Source: a virus
Lineage: Duplodnaviria; Heunggongvirae; Uroviricota; Caudoviricetes
Virus record (IMG/VR): IMGVR_UViG_2681813263_000010
Length of the DNA stretch: 8,174 nucleotides
Direction: 5' to 3' (one strand)
Below the pieces are notes generated by a model. That model worked only from the letters and a program-made list of their open reading frames with translations. It did not search any database and had not been told where the DNA came from. Positions within the stretch are counted from its first letter, which is position 1. The number at the start of each line of letters is the position of its first letter. Shown piece by piece: positions 5,816-8,174 of this stretch. The position numbers were made by a program, and so were the translations under genes.

Positions 5816-5984
5816 ATGCGTAATGCACAGCTCCATTCAAATTATGGTGGGATGTGCAGGGCAGTCGCAAGACTGGCCGGGTTCTCGAGTGACCGGTATT
5901 TCCACCCCTGTACGTCTCACCACCCTTATGGTCGTGGAAAACCTCGGTGGTGAGTTAATTAACTTATCACTCGAGGATGCCATC

Positions 5985-6542
5985 ATGGCTACTATCCCTG
6001 CCCTTTCTCACCCTGACGTAACCATCGAAAATGGTCGCGCTGTCACTACGTCTATTGCGATCGCAGAGTTCTTTGGCAAGCGTCACGACAATGTGTTACG
6101 TGCCATCGCAAATACTGAATGCTCACCTGAATTTAACGCCCTCAATTTTGAGGACGTCACCTACACTGACGCCAAAGGCGAAAAACGCCCGATGTACCAA
6201 ATCACCAAAAACGGCTTCGTTTTCCTGGTGATGGGATTCACTGGCAAAAAAGCCGCTGCATTCAAAGAAGCCTACATTGCTGAGTTCGACCGCATGGAGG
6301 CCGAACTGCGCCAGAATAACACCCCACCCACTGACAAAATAATTCCAGGCGATGGCCGCACCCTGGTTGTTCACTTCGACGAACGCGGCAACATCAGATT
6401 CACCGAAACCGTTCCTGATGGCGCACGGGTCTGTACCATGGAGACTTTCCGGTTTTATCTGGAAGAACAGGGATGGACTCTTGTTAACCGGGGCGCAATT
6501 AAAAATATGACTGTAGAGCAATTACTCAAAATTCATTGTTGA
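5985..6542 (+). CDS. Rha-family phage regulatory protein (185 aa)
   Basis: SD GAGGA 5972-5976, ATG 5985, stop TGA 6540-6542. N-terminal domain ..ENGRAVTTSIAIAEFFGKRHDNVLRAI...DAKGEKRPMYQITKNGFVFLVMGFTGKKAAAFKEAYIAEFDRME matches the Rha (pRha) signature. Track ORF 5688..6542 is the same frame with an upstream extension judged non-coding. Confidence 0.8.
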   Translation: MATIPALSHPDVTIENGRAVTTSIAIAEFFGKRHDNVLRAIANTECSPEFNALNFEDVTYTDAKGEKRPMYQITKNGFVFLVMGFTGKKAAAFKEAYIAEFDRMEAELRQNNTPPTDKIIPGDGRTLVVHFDERGNIRFTETVPDGARVCTMETFRFYLEEQGWTLVNRGAIKNMTVEQLLKIHC

Positions 6543-6552
6543 GGACGCGATA

Positions 6553-6741
6553 ATGGAAACGTTATTACCAAACGTTAATACGACTGAAGGTTGTTTTGAA
6601 ATTGGTGTCACTATCAGTAACACGGTATTTACTGAAGATGCCATTAACAAGAGAAAACACGAACGGGAGCTATTAAATAAAATATGCATTGTTTCAATGC
6701 TGGCTCGTTTGCGTCTGATGCAAAAAGGATGCTGGCGATGA
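6553..6741 (+). CDS. dicB: DicB cell-division inhibitor (62 aa)
   Basis: SD GAGGA 6541-6545, ATG 6553, stop TGA 6739-6741. METLLPNVNTTEGCFEIGVTISNTVFTEDAINKRKHERELLNKICIVSMLARLRLMQKGCWR, near-identical in pattern to K-12 DicB as recalled. Confidence 0.9.
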   Translation: METLLPNVNTTEGCFEIGVTISNTVFTEDAINKRKHERELLNKICIVSMLARLRLMQKGCWR

Positions 6742-6929
6742 ATACAGCATTTGCACTCGTTCTGACCGTTATTCTTAATACGGGCGAACCAGCTGAACTG
6801 GTTACCGGAGTATACAACTCCATGAAAGAATGCGTGGCTGCTGCAGCTGAACAGAAAATTCCCGGTAACTGTTATCCGGTTGATAAAATCATTCACCAGG
6901 ATAATAAAGAAGTCCCGGCAGGTCTTTAA
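6738..6929 (+). CDS. ydfD: YdfD-like small protein (63 aa; family reported as lysis-associated)
   Basis: ATG 6738-6740 overlaps the dicB stop (ATGA); SD AAGGA 6724-6728; stop TAA 6927-6929. MNTAFALVLTVILNTGEPAELVTGVYNSMKECVAAAAEQKIPGNCYPVDKIIHQDNKEVPAGL. Hydrophobic N-terminal segment. Confidence 0.85.
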   Translation: MNTAFALVLTVILNTGEPAELVTGVYNSMKECVAAAAEQKIPGNCYPVDKIIHQDNKEVPAGL

Positions 6930-7228
6930 AGCANNNNNNNNNNNNNNNNNNNNNNNNNNNNNNNNNNNNNNNNNNNNNNNNNNNNNNNNNNNNNNNNNNN
7001 NNNNNNNNNNNNNNNNNNNNNNNNNNNNNNNNNNNNNNNNNNNNNNNNNNNNNNNNNNNNNNNNNNNNNNNNNNNNNNNNNNNNNNNNNNNNNNNNNNNN
7101 NNNNNNNNNNNNNNNNNNNNNNNNNNNNNNNNNNNNNNNNNNNNNNNNNNNNNNNNNNNNNNNNNNNNNNNNNNNNNNNNNNNNNNNNNNNNNNNNNNNN
7201 NNNNNNNNNNNNNNNNNNNNNNNNNNNN

Positions 7229-8145
7229 CGGCTGCTCAGGACTGCGCTTATAAATTTATTGTCTGCGAGGATAAACCTGGTATACCCCGCCCTGCCCTCG
7301 ATTCCTGGGATGCTGAATATATGCAGGAAAACCGCTGGGATGAGGAGTCTGCTTCCTTTGTCCCGGTTGAGACTGAATCCGAACCGATGAACGTCACTTT
7401 TGACAAGCTGGCCCCTGAAGTACAGAACGCTGTCATGGTTAAGTTCGACACATGTGAAAACATCACCGTTGATATGGTGATTAGCGCGCAGGAACTGTTG
7501 CAGGAAGACATGGCAACATTCGACGGACATATCGTTGAAGCGTTGATGAAAATGCCAGAAGTTAACGCCATGTGTCCGGAGATTAAACTGCATGCCATCG
7601 GGTGGATTAAGCATAAATGTAAGCCTGGTGCAAAATGGCCAGAAATTCAGGCAGAGATGCGCATCTGGAAAAAATGTCGCGAAGGTGAACGCAAGGAAAC
7701 CGGAAAATACACGTCTGTTGTTGATCTCGCCCGTGCCAGAGCCAATCAACAGCACACTGAAAATTCAACAGGAAAAATCAGCCCGGCCATTGCTGCCATT
7801 CATCGCGAATACAAGCAGACATGGAAAACACTGGATGACGAACTGGCCTACGCTCTCTGGCCTGGTGATGTGGATGCCGGAAACATTGACGGCAGCATCC
7901 ATCGCTGGGCAAAAAATGAAGTTATCGACAACGACCGCGAAGACTGGAAGCGTATCTCGGCATCAATGCGCAAACAGCCTGATGCCCTTCGCTACGACCG
8001 CCAGACTATTTTTGGCCTTGTCCGTGAACGTCCGATCGACATTCACAAAGACCCTGTGGCACTGAACAAATACATTACTGAATACCTGACTACAAAGGGC
8101 GTGTTTGAAGATGAAGGAACAAATCAGAGCGCAACTGATACTTGA
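7229..8145 (+). CDS. hypothetical prophage protein, C-terminal ~305 codons visible (5' end masked); YdfE-position gene
   Basis: Long stop-free frame from the gap edge to TGA 8143-8145 (..AAQDCAYKFIVCEDKPGIPRP...EYLTTKGVFEDEGTNQSATDT). Antisense ORFs over the same span are N-run artefacts or shorter. No family recognised. Confidence 0.6.
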
Positions 8146-8174
8146 GGTGTACTGGCAATAGCGGACACTACCAT

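Noticed and set aside
5688-5984. N-terminal 99-codon extension of the Rha protein (track start ATG 5688)
   Set aside because: The Rha domain begins right after ATG 5985, which has a good SD. The upstream stretch contains a near-consensus promoter and a hairpin plus U-run, so it is more likely leader. The stop-free frame is noted as a finding because it is not fully explained.
5202-6896. Minus-strand ORFs 5202..5438, 5435..5656, 6123..6521, 6522..6896 (and 7248..7598)
   Set aside because: Antisense to the recognisable ydfA/ydfB, Rha, dicB/ydfD and downstream genes; no RBS support and odd composition.
6880-8145. 421-aa ORF starting at TTG 6880
   Set aside because: The 5' portion overlaps ydfD in another frame and runs through N-run 6934-7228. 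Only 7229-8145 is supported as coding; the true start is masked.
1-8174. tRNA/rRNA genes, IS elements, integrase or att sites
   Set aside because: No cloverleaf-compatible conserved tRNA motifs, no transposase-like ORFs and no terminal inverted repeats were seen in the unmasked sequence.

Overview
The window reads as the early (immunity plus replication) region of a lambdoid enterobacterial prophage of the Rac/Qin/CP-933P type; it is mostly recognisable known biology rather than an undescribed system. Six N-masked blocks (1514-1898, 3091-3465, 3491-3661, 4432-4469, 4588-4730, 6934-7228) hide several gene ends, and because N translates to X the ORF track fuses neighbouring genes. Minus strand, right to left: a cII-position (YdaT-like) gene fragment, a replication initiator whose coding sequence carries iteron-type origin repeats, a DnaC-like helicase loader, a 241-aa tandem-HTH phage protein, and a gene start that leaves the window. 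Plus strand: an HTH regulator, a PaaA-like antitoxin and a ParE-like toxin (three-component TA operon), the C-terminus of a DicA-like repressor, a strong terminator, then a Qin-like dicB operon (ydfA, ydfB, a short ydfC-like ORF with an embedded DicF-like sRNA, an inserted Rha-family gene, dicB, ydfD) and a large unknown protein. All family assignments are from reading the translations and from recalled sequences, with no database search. The least explained pieces are the promoter/hairpin/open-frame leader upstream of the Rha gene, the ParE to DicA-like junction across a masked gap, and the unknown protein after ydfD.
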